A stretch of DNA of 64,000 bases from an uncultured delta proteobacterium (GCA_963804955.1 CAWDSQ010000013.1:83692-147691), one strand, 5' to 3'. Shown: positions 1 through 11,075, numbered from the stretch's first letter. Notes: generated from the sequence alone by a model not told the origin. Program-made: numbers and translations.

Positions 1-692
1 CTGCCAGCACTGCATCAGCCTCGCCCTGCACGATACCGTCATACAGATGCTCCATGGTTCCCACCCCTCCCGAGGCTATTACCGGTATGGTGACGGCCCG
101 GGCTATTGCCTGCGTCATGGGCAGATCAAAGCCTTCCTGCGTGCCGTCGCGGTCCATGCTGGTAAGCAGTATCTCTCCAGAGCCCAAGGCTTCCATCTTT
201 CGGGCCCAGGCAACTGCATCGATGCCGGTAGGGGTTCTGCCGCCATGGATGAAAACCTCCCACGGGCTTTCGGTGTCGCTGCCGGCACGGGTCCGCTTGG
301 CATCTACTGCCACCACGATGCACTGGCTGCCGAACTTTTCCGCGGCAGCCCGCACAAAGTCAGGATTATTGACCGCGGCGGTATTTATGGACACCTTATC
401 AGCACCCGCATTGAGAAGATTGCGTATGTCATCAAGATCACGAATGCCGCCGCCAACCGTCACCGGCATAAACACCTCGGCGGCCGTGCGTTCAACCACT
501 TCCAGAATGATATCTGCGGCGCTCATGGGAAGCGGTGATGTCGAGAAACACCAGCTCATCAGCGCCCTCGGCATCGTAAAATTTGGCATTGTCGACCGGG
601 TCGCCGGCATCGCGCAAATTGACGAAATTGACGCCTTTTACCACACGGCCGTCTTTCACGTCGAGGCAGGGAATGATACGTTTTGCAAGCAT
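1..692 (-). CDS. hisF: Imidazole glycerol phosphate synthase cyclase subunit HisF (runs off window, frameshift near 515-525)
   Basis: N-terminus [23 protein letters not shown]...[13 protein letters not shown]. The C-terminal part continues in another frame ([21 protein letters not shown]). Lies downstream of hisA. Confidence 0.93.
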
Positions 693-699
693 AAAAAAG

Positions 700-785
700 T
701 TTTATTGGTTAAGTTGGTTTTATTGGTTCATTGGTTGAACAAATCCAACCAATTCAACTAATCGAACAAATCAAACTAATCAAAC
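700..785. repeat. 9-bp-period tandem repeats in inverted arrangement in the hisA-hisF spacer
   Basis: ttattggtt/aagttggtt/ttattggtt/cattggtt followed by aacaaatcc/aaccaattc/aactaatcg/aacaaatca/aactaatca. Confidence 0.75.
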
Positions 786-1512
786 ATGATTTTGCGTTAG
801 TGCAATTGCTTCTGTAAGGTCAATGCCGCCTGTATACAGAGCACGTCCGATAATAATCCCCATAATGCCAGAGGATTCTACGGATAGCAGATTTTTTACA
901 TCATCGATGCGCGACATGCCGCCGGAGGCAATAACGGGAATTGAAATTGAGGCTGCAAGCTTTGCCGTTTCTTCTACATTGGGGCCTGTCAGCATACCGT
1001 CACGGCTGATGTCGGTATAGACGATTGACCGCAACAGCGTCAGGATCAAGCTGGCGGGCAAGATCGACAGCGCTGAGCTGCGTGCTCTCTGTCCAGCCTT
1101 GTACCGCTACCATGCCGCTCTGAGCATCTATGCCGATAATGATCCGGCCGGGATATTTTTTGCAGCATGCATCCCTGAACGCTGGATCGCGCACGGCAGC
1201 AGTCCCGAGAATTGCGTATTTCACGCCGGCGGCAAGGTATTCATCAACCGTTTTGATATCGCGTATGCCGCCGCCGAGCTCGACATCCATGTTCACCGAT
1301 GCGCATATCCTTTTCACCAGCTCCCTGTTGCGCGGCTCGCCTGACACAGCGCCGTCGAGGTCAACAATGTGCAGCCGTTGTGCGCCCATGGACTCCCAGC
1401 GCCTGGCAACTTCTACGGGGTCGCTGGAATACACTGTGGCATCCTCCATGCGCCCCTGCGAGAGGCGAACGGCCTGGCCGTTTTTCAAATCAATTGCGGG
1501 AATAATAATCAT
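780..1512 (-). CDS. hisA: ProFAR isomerase HisA (frameshift near 1030)
   Basis: MIIIPAIDLKNGQAVRL...LHIVDLDGA...GGGIR in ORF 1000..2178. YTDISRDGMLTGPN...ASGG...GRALY in ORF 780..1061. Confidence 0.93.
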
Positions 1513-1538
1513 TGAAGACCTTTCACAGACTGGCCGCA

Positions 1539-2178
1539 CTATGCACGGGCAGCAAAAGCGGTAAAATTTTTCAGCAGCTGCAGGCCCGACAGCCTGGCTC
1601 TTTTCCGGATGAAACTGGCAGGCGAAAACATTATCCTTCCAGATGCTTGAAACAAATTCAGTGCCATAGCCGGTAGTGGTGGCAATGACATCCGGGTCAT
1701 CAGGCGCGACATAATAGGAATGCACAAAATAAAAACAGGCCCCTGCTTCGATGCCGCTAAGATGCGGCGCCTGTTTTCTGACGTTCAGGACATTCCACCC
1801 CATGTGGGGAATTTTCAAGAGCCTGCCGCCTGCATCGCGCTGCTCAGCAGGGAAGCGAAGGACCCTGCCTTTGATTACATCAAGGCCGGGGCAGGCGCCG
1901 AATTCCTCGCTGTCTGAAAACAGAATCTGCAGGCCGAGGCAAATGCCGAGAAATGGTTTGCCTGACCTGATGGATGAAACAATGGATGATATGAGCCCGA
2001 GGCGATCGAGGTTTTCAAAGCATTTTCTGAAGGCGCCGACACCGGGCAGAACAAGGGCTCGCGCATCGTCAACGGCCTGCGCTGAAGTTACTATCCCGGC
2101 AGTGCAGCCTGATTTCTCAAAGGCTTTTTGAACGCTGCGCAGATTGCCCATGCCGTAGTCGATGATGGACACATGCAT
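1539..2178 (-). CDS. hisH: Glutamine amidotransferase HisH (frameshift near C-terminus)
   Basis: IIDYGMGNLRSV, LPGVGAF, GICLG nucleophile motif, YFVHSY, QFHPEKS. Confidence 0.95.
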
Positions 2179-2181
2179 TGA

Positions 2182-2769
2182 CTAGAGCACTCCCTTGGTC
2201 GAAGGCACGCCCGTTATACGACCGTCAAGCTGCGTGGCGCGATCCAGGGCCCGGCCAAGGGCCTTGAAAACCGCCTCGATGATATGATGGCTGTTCTTGC
2301 CGTAGGGGACATTAATATGCAGCGTTGCCTTGCAGTTATTGACCAGGGCCTGCAAAAACTCCTCAACCAGTTCGCTGTCGAATTCTCCGACTTTGCCTTT
2401 CAGGTCAGGAGCATTATAGACCAGACAGGGCCTGCCGCTGAGGTCAAGCGTTACATCTGCCAGCGCCTCATCCATGGGCACAGCAGCCTGACCATAGCGG
2501 CACATGCCCGCCTTGTCGCCCAGGGCCTTAACAATCGCCTGCCCGAGGCAAATCCCGATATCCTCGACCGTATGATGAAAATCAATGGCCGTATCGCCCC
2601 TGGCCAGCACAGTCAGATTGAAAAGCCCATGCCTGGCGAAAAGCTCAAGCATATGGTTGAGAAACGCCACAGGTGTCTGCACGCTGTAGGAGCCTGTGCC
2701 GTCAATCTCAAGGGCAACAGCAATATCGGTTTCAGATGTTTTTCGTTCGATTCGGGCTGAACGTTCCAT
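2182..2769 (-). CDS. hisB: Imidazoleglycerol-phosphate dehydratase HisB
   Basis: [41 protein letters not shown]. Confidence 0.96.
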   Translation of the reverse strand: MERSARIERKTSETDIAVALEIDGTGSYSVQTPVAFLNHMLELFARHGLFNLTVLARGDTAIDFHHTVEDIGICLGQAIVKALGDKAGMCRYGQAAVPMDEALADVTLDLSGRPCLVYNAPDLKGKVGEFDSELVEEFLQALVNNCKATLHINVPYGKNSHHIIEAVFKALGRALDRATQLDGRITGVPSTKGVL

Positions 2770-2911
2770 ATGTTCTCCTGTGTCTGATTGCATATTAAGA
2801 CATCTTACCACGTACTGACCTTATTATTCAAGGCAGTTCAGCAATGATTCCATCAGGCGGGATTAATGTTGATTTTTTGACCGGGCCGATTGCGGTCTCT
2901 GTCAAGGCTGC

Positions 2912-3238
2912 CTATGAATTTTGTGCTTCACCATTAATGCTGAAAAGCGAATAAAAACGGAAAAAACGGGCAACTTTTATAAACTTCTCTTCGGCATTAA
3001 TGATCTCGAATGTCTTTGATTCGGCAGCCGACTGGCGGTAAATGCCGATAATGAGATTCACCCCCAGTGAATCCACTATTTCAATGCCCGATGCATCAAC
3101 AACAATGCCAATCACACCGGGATATTTTTTCATCTCAGCAAGCACAGCTTCACGAAGAGCCTCAATATGGCTTGCAATAAGGTCGGTTTGAGGCTGCAAT
3201 ACAAGCCGGTTCTCTTGAATAATCACATTCATGCGCAC
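2912..3238 (-). CDS. STAS-domain anti-sigma factor antagonist
   Basis: 108 aa with VDASGIEIVDSLGV (phosphorylatable Ser motif), directly downstream of a PP2C/kinase fusion. Confidence 0.85.
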   Translation of the reverse strand: MRMNVIIQENRLVLQPQTDLIASHIEALREAVLAEMKKYPGVIGIVVDASGIEIVDSLGVNLIIGIYRQSAAESKTFEIINAEEKFIKVARFFRFYSLFSINGEAQNS

Positions 3239-3316
3239 TCCCTCCTGCAGGAATTAATCTGTTCGCAGCCTGAAAATCAGTGGTGAGCCTTGCAAAACAG
3301 CTGAAAATACCAATTA

Positions 3317-5251
3317 TTATTGTCCATTAAACACCAGTATCACCGTGCCGCCTTCGACGGTCAGGCTATCGGCCGCAGCACGAATTGCCGGCATCCCTCG
3401 CTTGCCAAGCAGACTTTCCGGCTTTGCTGGTGCAGCAAGGGTCTGGGCCAAATCAAACCCCGGACCTTCATCTGACACCTCGACGACAAGACGCTGTGGC
3501 GCAGGGTACACCATAATATCTACAAAAGTATCCGGATTACGGTGATTGCCATGCTCAACAGCATTCAGCATGGCTTCACGCAGCGCAAGCAGTATAAAGT
3601 CGATATCCTTGCCTGAAGGAACCATGTCGGGAGTCAAAATTTCCGCAGCCCAAGCACATGCACTGTCAACTCCTTCATACGTGGACTTAAAAGAATAGCA
3701 TGGCCCGGACGGCTTTTCCGGCTGGGGTATGTAATAGGAAAGCAGCACCATATCATCCCGCTGGTCGATACCGGCACGCTTCAGTAGACGACTGCACAGA
3801 CCCTTTGGCGGCCCGCTATGCAGCATGGCCGGGTCAGCGGCTACCACAGCCTGAATCGCCTCTTTTTCAAAGCCATCGGAAAACATGAATACATAGCTTT
3901 CCGCCGGGCATGCGACGGCGCTGGCACTGATAAGACCCGTGTCCTTCAGAAGGCCAAGGCACATGCCGCCGCCCTCGATCTCCCGGCAGGAAAACTGGCC
4001 GTCGGCTGTTCGCTCATACAACAGCGCACCGGGATTGCCTGCCGTGGCTATATGCATGGTGCGTCGGGGAGCATCCCACAGCATGGCGGAAACGCATACA
4101 TGCGATTTGGCATATCCAAGTTTAATGAATTCTGTATTAATCACACGCAAAAGAATGGACGGATTCTGGTAGGTATCCCAGCACGAGGTGAGTATTCCCA
4201 AAAATACGGCGCTCATATAGAGGCTTGCCAGATCATGCCCTGCGATATCGGCAAGCACAAAACCGCAACGCCCGGCCCGATTAAATTTTCTGCAGCGCAC
4301 AATATCACCGCCCGCATCATGCAGACTTTTGAAATCAAGATCGCAAAAACGGCAGGGGGGATCACACCCGAAATCAATCAAATCCGCCTGAGCCTGCCGC
4401 AGCTGACCTGCCAGCGCGGGGGCGGGTATGGCACTTTGCTGCCGCCTGCTGAGTGCCGACTCTATCATGCCAAGGGCAGACCCATCCAGAATCGATTCGG
4501 GGAAAATACCGTCTGCCCCCTGCTGCATGGCAAGCTGATACATATCAGGATCATATTGTTGCGTATAAATAAAAACAAGCACATCAGGATACAGCCTTCG
4601 AACCATAGCAAGCAGGCCCATGGCATCTATGCCGCTGGTATACAGATTGCTGACAATAATATCGACAGAGGCAGGATCAGCATGCAGCATCTCAAGCGCA
4701 TGACTGCCGGTTGCGGCATGCCGCATGATAAAGCCGAAATGCCGCAGTGTCCGGATATGGGGTTCAGCACGCTGCCGATCCTCCTCCACAAGAATCACCC
4801 GATAGCGGGAAAAATCAAACGACGGGCTTGCAATCGCCGGTATGGCCACCGGCGCTGAAAGGTCGGCGTCGGACTGCTGTGCAAGATGAGCGGCTATGAT
4901 GGCTCTAAGCTTTTCCAAATCAATCGGTTTGGCGACAAAAGCATTGCAGCCGGCGTCAAGGGCCCGCTCCTTATCCTGCTTCATACTTAAGGCTGAAAGG
5001 GCTATAATGGGCGTGTCGACTCCCCGTGCGCGAATCTGCCTGACGGTTTCAAAACCATCCATGCCGGGCATAAGCAGATCCATAAAAATAAGCGAATAAC
5101 TCCGCGCCTGCACTTTTTCAAGAGCTTCTCTGCCATTCTCAGCCTGTTCCCAGCAACAGGAAGCGCTTTCGGCTGCAGCCATGATAAGTTCACGGTTCAG
5201 CGGGTTATCGTCGACTACGAGAATCGTTGGCTGATCGGGATACAGTGTCAT
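3317..5251 (-). CDS. REC-pseudoREC-SpoIIE(PP2C)-RsbW-like HATPase fusion (HsbR-like)
   Basis: ILVVDD...FMDLLMPGMDG...KP. PP2C motifs GGD, ADIAGH, SDG, RDD. Kinase motifs EAMLNAVEHGN, SDEGPGF, GKRGM. Confidence 0.85.
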   Translation of the reverse strand: MTLYPDQPTILVVDDNPLNRELIMAAAESASCCWEQAENGREALEKVQARSYSLIFMDLLMPGMDGFETVRQIRARGVDTPIIALSALSMKQDKERALDAGCNAFVAKPIDLEKLRAIIAAHLAQQSDADLSAPVAIPAIASPSFDFSRYRVILVEEDRQRAEPHIRTLRHFGFIMRHAATGSHALEMLHADPASVDIIVSNLYTSGIDAMGLLAMVRRLYPDVLVFIYTQQYDPDMYQLAMQQGADGIFPESILDGSALGMIESALSRRQQSAIPAPALAGQLRQAQADLIDFGCDPPCRFCDLDFKSLHDAGGDIVRCRKFNRAGRCGFVLADIAGHDLASLYMSAVFLGILTSCWDTYQNPSILLRVINTEFIKLGYAKSHVCVSAMLWDAPRRTMHIATAGNPGALLYERTADGQFSCREIEGGGMCLGLLKDTGLISASAVACPAESYVFMFSDGFEKEAIQAVVAADPAMLHSGPPKGLCSRLLKRAGIDQRDDMVLLSYYIPQPEKPSGPCYSFKSTYEGVDSACAWAAEILTPDMVPSGKDIDFILLALREAMLNAVEHGNHRNPDTFVDIMVYPAPQRLVVEVSDEGPGFDLAQTLAAPAKPESLLGKRGMPAIRAAADSLTVEGGTVILVFNGQ

Positions 5252-5602
5252 AGATTGAACCTACTGGAACGATTGGCGAAGATAAACAGAAGCAGTGCTG
5301 TTCTGCAATTGTGTGTTCATTATAATATGCTTATATCCCTCACGCAACACAAAGAATTATTCTGCTGTGCAGCCATCCTACCATGGCATGCTTGAGGATT
5401 TTAAGGGGTGCAAACATTTTCATAGCCAACATTCTGCATCAATCATTTTCGGGAAAAAGAGGCAAAAACCTGCTGCGCCAGCCGTATGCGGAAAAGGATC
5501 GGCAGGTCAAAATCATAACAAACCGAAAAATGCGCAGGTGCTGCGGAAAGCTCGTTGAAACAAAAAAAATCAATCAGTTGAAAAAACCAGACGGTGCTCC
5601 CG

Positions 5603-5887
5603 TCAGCCTCCGTCAAACGGAATCATAATTGCAACCGTGTCGCCATCCTGTAGCTGAATTAGCATATCCACGGTTGAACGAAATGTTTTGCCGTTTATTA
5701 GAATAAGAAACGGCACTATCTCTCCCGTGAGTTGATCCCGTATCTGACGGTCAAATGCCGAACCGAAACGTTGTATGAGCTGTGCGAAAAGATCGGAAAG
5801 ACTCGACCGCGGCTGCAGCTCAATTTCAATCTCATGAGCCCCCAGAACATCCTTAATGTTAGCAAACGATTGCAGCACTATTTTCAT
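5603..5887 (-). CDS. MoaD/ThiS family sulfur carrier protein
   Basis: 94 aa beta-grasp pattern, ILING...LQDGDTVAI, C-terminal GG. Confidence 0.85.
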   Translation of the reverse strand: MKIVLQSFANIKDVLGAHEIEIELQPRSSLSDLFAQLIQRFGSAFDRQIRDQLTGEIVPFLILINGKTFRSTVDMLIQLQDGDTVAIMIPFDGG

Positions 5888-6014
5888 TACCCATCTCCTG
5901 CACCGCCAGATGGGTGCGCGCAGATTTCCAGTTTCGCACTGAACACGATGTGCGCCCCCATCAGTACAACTATGTTTCCCTACGGGGGCATCGGCTCAAT
6001 AAAGCTGCGGATAA

Positions 6015-7751
6015 TCATGTATCAGACGGTTCTGCAATATTGTACTCAACGAGCTTTCTATAGAGTGTCTGGCGGCCGACGCCCAGAATGCGTGCGGCTT
6101 TAGCCTTATTCCAGGCAGTCTTTTCGAGAGCCCTGCGCACAGCATCTTCGGAGCAATGCGATACGGTCGCTTTAACCGGAGCAACCCTGACACCCGGCGT
6201 CGGCACGCAGAGCTCCTGAGGAAGATGCGCAACGGTTATTTCCGCACCGTCGCAGACAACAAAGGCATGCTCCATGACATGTTCAAGCTCACGAATATTG
6301 CCGGGCCAGCTGTATGCCAGAAATGTTTTGTAGACATCCTCGGCGATATGCAAAATATTTTTATGAAACTGGAGGATGAAACGGGCCCTGAAGTGTTCAA
6401 CCAGCAGAGGAATATCCTCCCTGCGTTCACGCAGAGACGGCAAAAAAACCTCAACCACCTTGAGGCGGTAATAGAGATCCTTGCGGAAACCGCCCTGCTC
6501 AACACTGTCCATCAAATTCTGATGAGTTGCTGCGATAACGCGCACATTCACCTTGATGGACCGCGTATCGCCGACACGCTCAAACTCTTTCTGCTGAAGA
6601 AAACGCAGCAGTTTAACCTGCACGTTAGGGGTTAAATCGCCGATTTCATCAAGAAAAACAGTCCCTCCATCGGCCATCTCGAAACGGCCGACCTTGTCCT
6701 TTATGGCGCCGGTAAATGAACCTTTTACATGGCCGAACAGCTCGCTTTCAAGAAGGTTTTCCGAAAGGGCCGAGCAGTTGATTTTAATCAACGGTTTAGC
6801 CGAACGAGGCCCAATGGCATGAAGTGCATCGGCGACAAGCTCCTTGCCGGTGCCGCTCTCTCCCGTAACCAGCACAGAGGTTTCCGTTTCAGCCAGAGCC
6901 TCAAGCAGATCATAGATTTCCTGCATCCGTTTACTTTTGCCGATCATGGCGCGAAAACTGCGCCGCTCATGAGCTCCATCTTCAAGATCGATAGTGCGCG
7001 TTATGTCGCGCAGTACAAGAACAGCCCCCGGAACCATGCTTCTTGAATCGACAAGGGGCGTACAGCTGATCAGAACCGTCTGCGGCCTGCCGTCAGGACA
7101 TATCCATTCGGCGGGATATTCTTGTATCATTGCCGCGTTTTGCAGGGTCTTTTCAGCCACATCAACCAGAAAGGGTTTCTGCGACTGGCTGACCACATCG
7201 GCGAGATCCCGGCCGAGAATATCCTTGGTAGATCGCTGCAAAAATTTTTCAACGGCATCGTTAACGGTCAGTATCGTCATCCTGGAATCAATTGCGATAA
7301 TTGCTTCATGCACGCATTTAAATGTTGCTTCAAGAGTACGCCTGTATGTTTCCCGTGAATCAACCGCATGTTTGTGACGAAGAGCATGATCGGCTATGCG
7401 CAGCAGCATCGTTTTCGTCACCGGCTTGGGCACATAATCGAATGCGCCCAGGCGAACCGCTTCTCCTGCAGTCACCATATCAACCTTCCCGGCAATTATG
7501 ACAACCTGTGTCGGAAGCTCACGTTTTTTCACCTCCCGCAAAATATCAATTCCCGTCTTTGACCCATGCACGATATCGACAAAAACCGCGTCAAAAGCAC
7601 CCTGTGAAAGCTCTTCTATGGCGCTATCATAGTCACTGGCCTGCACAGACTCATACTCTGCCTCTGAAAGAATGGCATGGAATGTCTCTCGAAGGCTTGT
7701 CTCATCAATAACGACTAGCATTTTCCCTTCACCGTTCTCCTCAATCTTCAT
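6015..7751 (-). CDS. Sigma54-dependent activator (REC-PAS-AAA+-Fis HTH)
   Basis: [39 protein letters not shown]-terminal [19 protein letters not shown]. Confidence 0.93.
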   Translation of the reverse strand: MKIEENGEGKMLVVIDETSLRETFHAILSEAEYESVQASDYDSAIEELSQGAFDAVFVDIVHGSKTGIDILREVKKRELPTQVVIIAGKVDMVTAGEAVRLGAFDYVPKPVTKTMLLRIADHALRHKHAVDSRETYRRTLEATFKCVHEAIIAIDSRMTILTVNDAVEKFLQRSTKDILGRDLADVVSQSQKPFLVDVAEKTLQNAAMIQEYPAEWICPDGRPQTVLISCTPLVDSRSMVPGAVLVLRDITRTIDLEDGAHERRSFRAMIGKSKRMQEIYDLLEALAETETSVLVTGESGTGKELVADALHAIGPRSAKPLIKINCSALSENLLESELFGHVKGSFTGAIKDKVGRFEMADGGTVFLDEIGDLTPNVQVKLLRFLQQKEFERVGDTRSIKVNVRVIAATHQNLMDSVEQGGFRKDLYYRLKVVEVFLPSLRERREDIPLLVEHFRARFILQFHKNILHIAEDVYKTFLAYSWPGNIRELEHVMEHAFVVCDGAEITVAHLPQELCVPTPGVRVAPVKATVSHCSEDAVRRALEKTAWNKAKAARILGVGRQTLYRKLVEYNIAEPSDT

Positions 7752-7850
7752 TCATGCCTATGCATACACAGGTCGATACTGCTCGTAGTGCAAATCTCGC
7801 TCGCTGTTACTGGCTGCTGCGTACAACTTTATGGTCAAAAGAATCATGTT

Positions 7851-8327
7851 TCACTGCAAGCGCAATTTACTTATCTTAAATCTGCGCCAAAACAATAAGC
7901 AAATTGCCGTCGGCAAGAAAGCTGCACTGAACAAAAGACCCGTGCAGGGTCAAGCGTATTGTCGATCATCTCCGGAAGTCCGAGATGAAAAGCACATTCA
8001 GCCGGAAGAATTCTTTTCATCACACGGCCCGATATCGTGTTCAAAAGCTCGCAGGTGACATCTTGAATCATGGCATCGGAAAGTTCAGTATCTGAGATGC
8101 TGTACAGGTGTTTGGAAATTTCAACCGCCGTGCTCCTGGGCATGGCAAGGCGCAGCATGCCCGGCCGCGGCTCAAGCACCCGCAGTGATGCCATGACAGC
8201 ATCACTGCCTAAATCTTCGGACACGCCGTCGAGTATCGGTGTCAATGGCCATGAAAACCATATTCTCAATACTCTCCGTCACCGCAGCTTTAATGGCTAA
8301 GCACATAGTAACATCATGCTGGTCCAT
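7851..8327 (-). CDS. cheX: CheX-like chemotaxis phosphatase (frameshifted)
   Basis: DVTCELLNTISGR (ExxN) motif and FHLGLP. Directly downstream of a CheY-like gene. Start and end lie in other frames. Confidence 0.7.
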
Positions 8328-8727
8328 GCGCGGCCTCCTGTTTTTTAAACAAAACACCTATGGATGCAATCAGTACAGGTGGAGTTATTGGCTTACTCAA
8401 CACAGCATATGCCCCCTCAGCAATCAGCTCGACATCGGATGCAGGATTGCTGGCGCTTGAGATGACAACCACCGGTATATCGCATGTTCCGGGGCTTGAT
8501 TTGAGCCGCTTCAGCATATTTCTGCCGTCGAGCACCGGCATATTGAGGTCGGCGAGTATAAAATCAACAGGCGCTTCCCTCAGCAGATCAAGGGCTTCTT
8601 TGCCGTTGCCCGCTTCCTGAAAATCAGCGCCCTGGCACCCTGCAATTTCAAGACAGCGCCTGATGAACATCCGGGCTGTGCTCGAATCATCAACGATTAA
8701 TATTTTCAGCATTACCTGCACCTCCAT
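8314..8727 (-). CDS. cheY: CheY-like single-domain response regulator
   Basis: ILIVDDS...ADLNMPVLDG...ISS...KP. Confidence 0.8.
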   Translation of the reverse strand: MEVQVMLKILIVDDSSTARMFIRRCLEIAGCQGADFQEAGNGKEALDLLREAPVDFILADLNMPVLDGRNMLKRLKSSPGTCDIPVVVISSASNPASDVELIAEGAYAVLSKPITPPVLIASIGVLFKKQEAAHGPA

Positions 8728-8765
8728 TCACAAAAGCTTTCATCCTTTGGAAGTCCTCGTCGACG

Positions 8766-8996
8766 CTAATCATAATTGCTGGAAACATCCCTGCGTATGC
8801 CCGGTAATTCCTTATACCCGCTTTCCAGCTGATAGCACAGGGAATCGCATCCCGTTCCGACTCCATTCATCATGGCAATAATATCCCCCGAATGAACGGC
8901 ATAAATCGACATATCATATTCCGTATCTTGCTGCAAAAACAACACTTCTATTACTCGAAAAGGCGCATCTGCCATCCGGCGTTGCTCATGAAACAT
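8766..8996 (-). pseudogene. Probable remnant of an HDOD-domain protein C-terminus
   Basis: YAVHSGDIIAMMNGVGTGCDSLCYQL resembles the tail of deltaproteobacterial HDOD proteins. The rest of the domain is absent. Confidence 0.4.
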
Positions 8997-9352
8997 ACCG
9001 CATGATCACATCCTTAAACTCCTGAAGCTGCACCGGCTTTGCCATGAAATGCGTGACGCCCTTTTCGAGCAGGTGTGCGATTTCCCTGGCCCTGATAGCG
9101 CCCGAAACGACAAGGATGGGAAGTTTGGAAAAACGGCTGCACTCCCGAATCATCCGTGATCAGCTCCCTGCCTTCCATTTCGGGCATCGACATATCGGAT
9201 ATGAGCAATGCAATATCTTCATTTGCCTGCAGCACCTCCCAGGCCATTTGCCCGTTTGTGGCTCTGATGACAGAATGCCCCATCGATTCGACTGCCGAAC
9301 TGAAAATTTCCAGCGTGGCCCTGTCATCCTCTGCGATCAGTATCTTTGCCAT
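8986..9352 (-). CDS. Single-domain response regulator (frameshift near 9155)
   Basis: MAKILIAEDD...ISDMSMPEMEG. The C-terminal half (LPILVVSG...MAKP) is in another frame. Confidence 0.8.
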
Positions 9353-9416
9353 AGCACCACCGTTATGCTGCATGCATGAATCAGAAAAAACCTGTTTGTT
9401 GTTTTTCCGCAGCATG

Positions 9417-9905
9417 CTAAATCTCCCGGATTCCCCGGCCTGCAGACGTAATGACGACTCTGCCGGCGTCAACATCCACAGCGATGCTTCTGCTTGTATG
9501 CCCGCCGACATCTTCAGCCTGCACACCCATACCATGATGCCAGAGTATCTTCTTGAGGGCCAACTCATTGCGTTTACCGATATTGAAGGTATTGTGGGGA
9601 TCCATAACCTGAGCGCCACCGGTCATTTTCACAAGAAATTTTTTTTCGTTCTGAACGCCTGATATGAGCTTCATTGCCTCAAGGAGGGCGGCAAAACCCG
9701 TATCTGCAAAATAGCCGGGCTTTACCAGCGCTTTAGAGCGGTCGATGGAAGATTCAGGAAGCGCCACATGTACCATGCCCACAGACCTTGTCCGTGGTTC
9801 AAGGAAAACGACTGCTACACATGAACCAAGGGCAAGAGTCTTGATCACATCACCGGGCGTTTTTGATACGCCCAAGTCTCCGACGCCAAGAATTATGGTC
9901 GACAT
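9417..9905 (-). CDS. cheD: Chemoreceptor glutamine deamidase CheD
   Basis: TLALGSCVAV, GMVHVALP, KMTGGA, IGKRN, AEDVGG. Confidence 0.93.
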   Translation of the reverse strand: MSTIILGVGDLGVSKTPGDVIKTLALGSCVAVVFLEPRTRSVGMVHVALPESSIDRSKALVKPGYFADTGFAALLEAMKLISGVQNEKKFLVKMTGGAQVMDPHNTFNIGKRNELALKKILWHHGMGVQAEDVGGHTSRSIAVDVDAGRVVITSAGRGIREI

Positions 9906-9997
9906 AGATTGCTGAGCAGCTAAAATTTAAATGCGATGCGCACGATAGTGCCAAACCTTCCAGCTCATGCTTCTTTTCTTCATAGCGGAGCAGGAGC

Positions 9998-10393
9998 CTA
10001 TTTCTCCTGTGGCCGTGAGGGCGTTTCGCTGCCCGTGCTACATTTTGATTGCTCATAGGCGTCCAGAGCTTCTGCAAGCTGCTGCAGGCTCAGAACGCCC
10101 ATCTCAAGTAAAATTTTTCCAATCGGGGGCCGCTTGCCCTTTTGAATGGCAAGAAGAAAATCAACCTGCTGTCGGGTAAGGTATCCAAGATCTAATGCGG
10201 TATCACCAAATTTTAAATTTTTATCATCCTGGCGGTTCAGTATTTCAAAAACCTGATCCATTCTGAGCAAATGGTGCTCCAGTGCTATCTTCCCTATCGG
10301 TATTTGCTGCTCCCGCTGGATGTCAAGGGCTTTGAGGATATGCTCAGTGCTGACCAGACCTAGCTGCACAAGAAATGTGCCGAAATGGTTCAT
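9998..10393 (-). CDS. Stand-alone protein of four MshEN-like repeats (paralog 2)
   Basis: Four approx. 30-aa units such as PIGKILLEMGVLSLQQLAEAL and KFGDTALDLGYLTRQQVDFLLAIQ. Confidence 0.7.
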   Translation of the reverse strand: MNHFGTFLVQLGLVSTEHILKALDIQREQQIPIGKIALEHHLLRMDQVFEILNRQDDKNLKFGDTALDLGYLTRQQVDFLLAIQKGKRPPIGKILLEMGVLSLQQLAEALDAYEQSKCSTGSETPSRPQEK

Positions 10394-10561
10394 GGGTTCC
10401 TCCTTGCAGCCATGTAGTACGTCACCCAACCCCGGCACCGCAGGTCGTTTTTCATAAAAATCAGCACCATAATACCGTGCTCAGGATGTAATAAAAACTC
10501 CAACCTCAATGCATCTGCTGTGTGGCACTACAGTCGGCAAACCTGTCTTTTAAAAAGCGGA

Positions 10562-10936
10562 CTATGCTTCGTGGCTCGTGCTGTTTTTCAACTTTTCATA
10601 GCCATCCAGAGCCTCTGCAAGCTGCTCCCTGCTGAGCACTCCCATCTCAACCAGTATTTCTCCTATCTTCGGCCGTTGGCTCATTTGAATATTGAGAATA
10701 AAATCAACCTGCTCACGGGTAAGATAGCCAAGGGCTAAGGCGATATCGCAAAATTTCAACTGTGTATCAGCCTGACGGTTCAGTATGTTAAACGTGTGAT
10801 TCATTTCAAGAAGGCGGTATGCAAGAGCGATCTTCCCCACCGGCGTTTGCTTCTCCTGCTGGCAGTCAAGAGCTTGTATGATATGCTCAGGAGTGACCAT
10901 TCCCTTCTTGACAAGAAATGTGCCGAAATGTTCCAT
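10562..10936 (-). CDS. Stand-alone protein of four MshEN-like repeats (paralog 1)
   Basis: HFGTFLVKKGMV...ALDCQ and KIGEILVEMGVLSREQLAEAL. Clearly homologous to the neighbouring ORF. Confidence 0.7.
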   Translation of the reverse strand: MEHFGTFLVKKGMVTPEHIIQALDCQQEKQTPVGKIALAYRLLEMNHTFNILNRQADTQLKFCDIALALGYLTREQVDFILNIQMSQRPKIGEILVEMGVLSREQLAEALDGYEKLKNSTSHEA

Positions 10937-11075
10937 GGCGGACCTCTACTAATAATTTTTTTTAATGCAGGTGTTCAGCACGACACAGCCCGGAGACTCA
11001 TCAGCAGCCGGCCTGCACTCTGGCAGTAAACAGGCCTGAATCATGCATGTTTACTTCAGTATATGTACCTTGCTG

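Noticed and set aside
1000..2178. Apparent HisH-HisA fusion ORF
   Set aside because: A single indel after QFHPEKSQAVG explains it. The normal HisH end (LQLLKNF, stop at 1539) is in another frame, and hisA has its own ATG at 1512.
9938..9954. Sigma54 promoter upstream of cheD (TGGCACTATCGTGC)
   Set aside because: GG-to-GC spacing is 9 rather than the required 10 nt.
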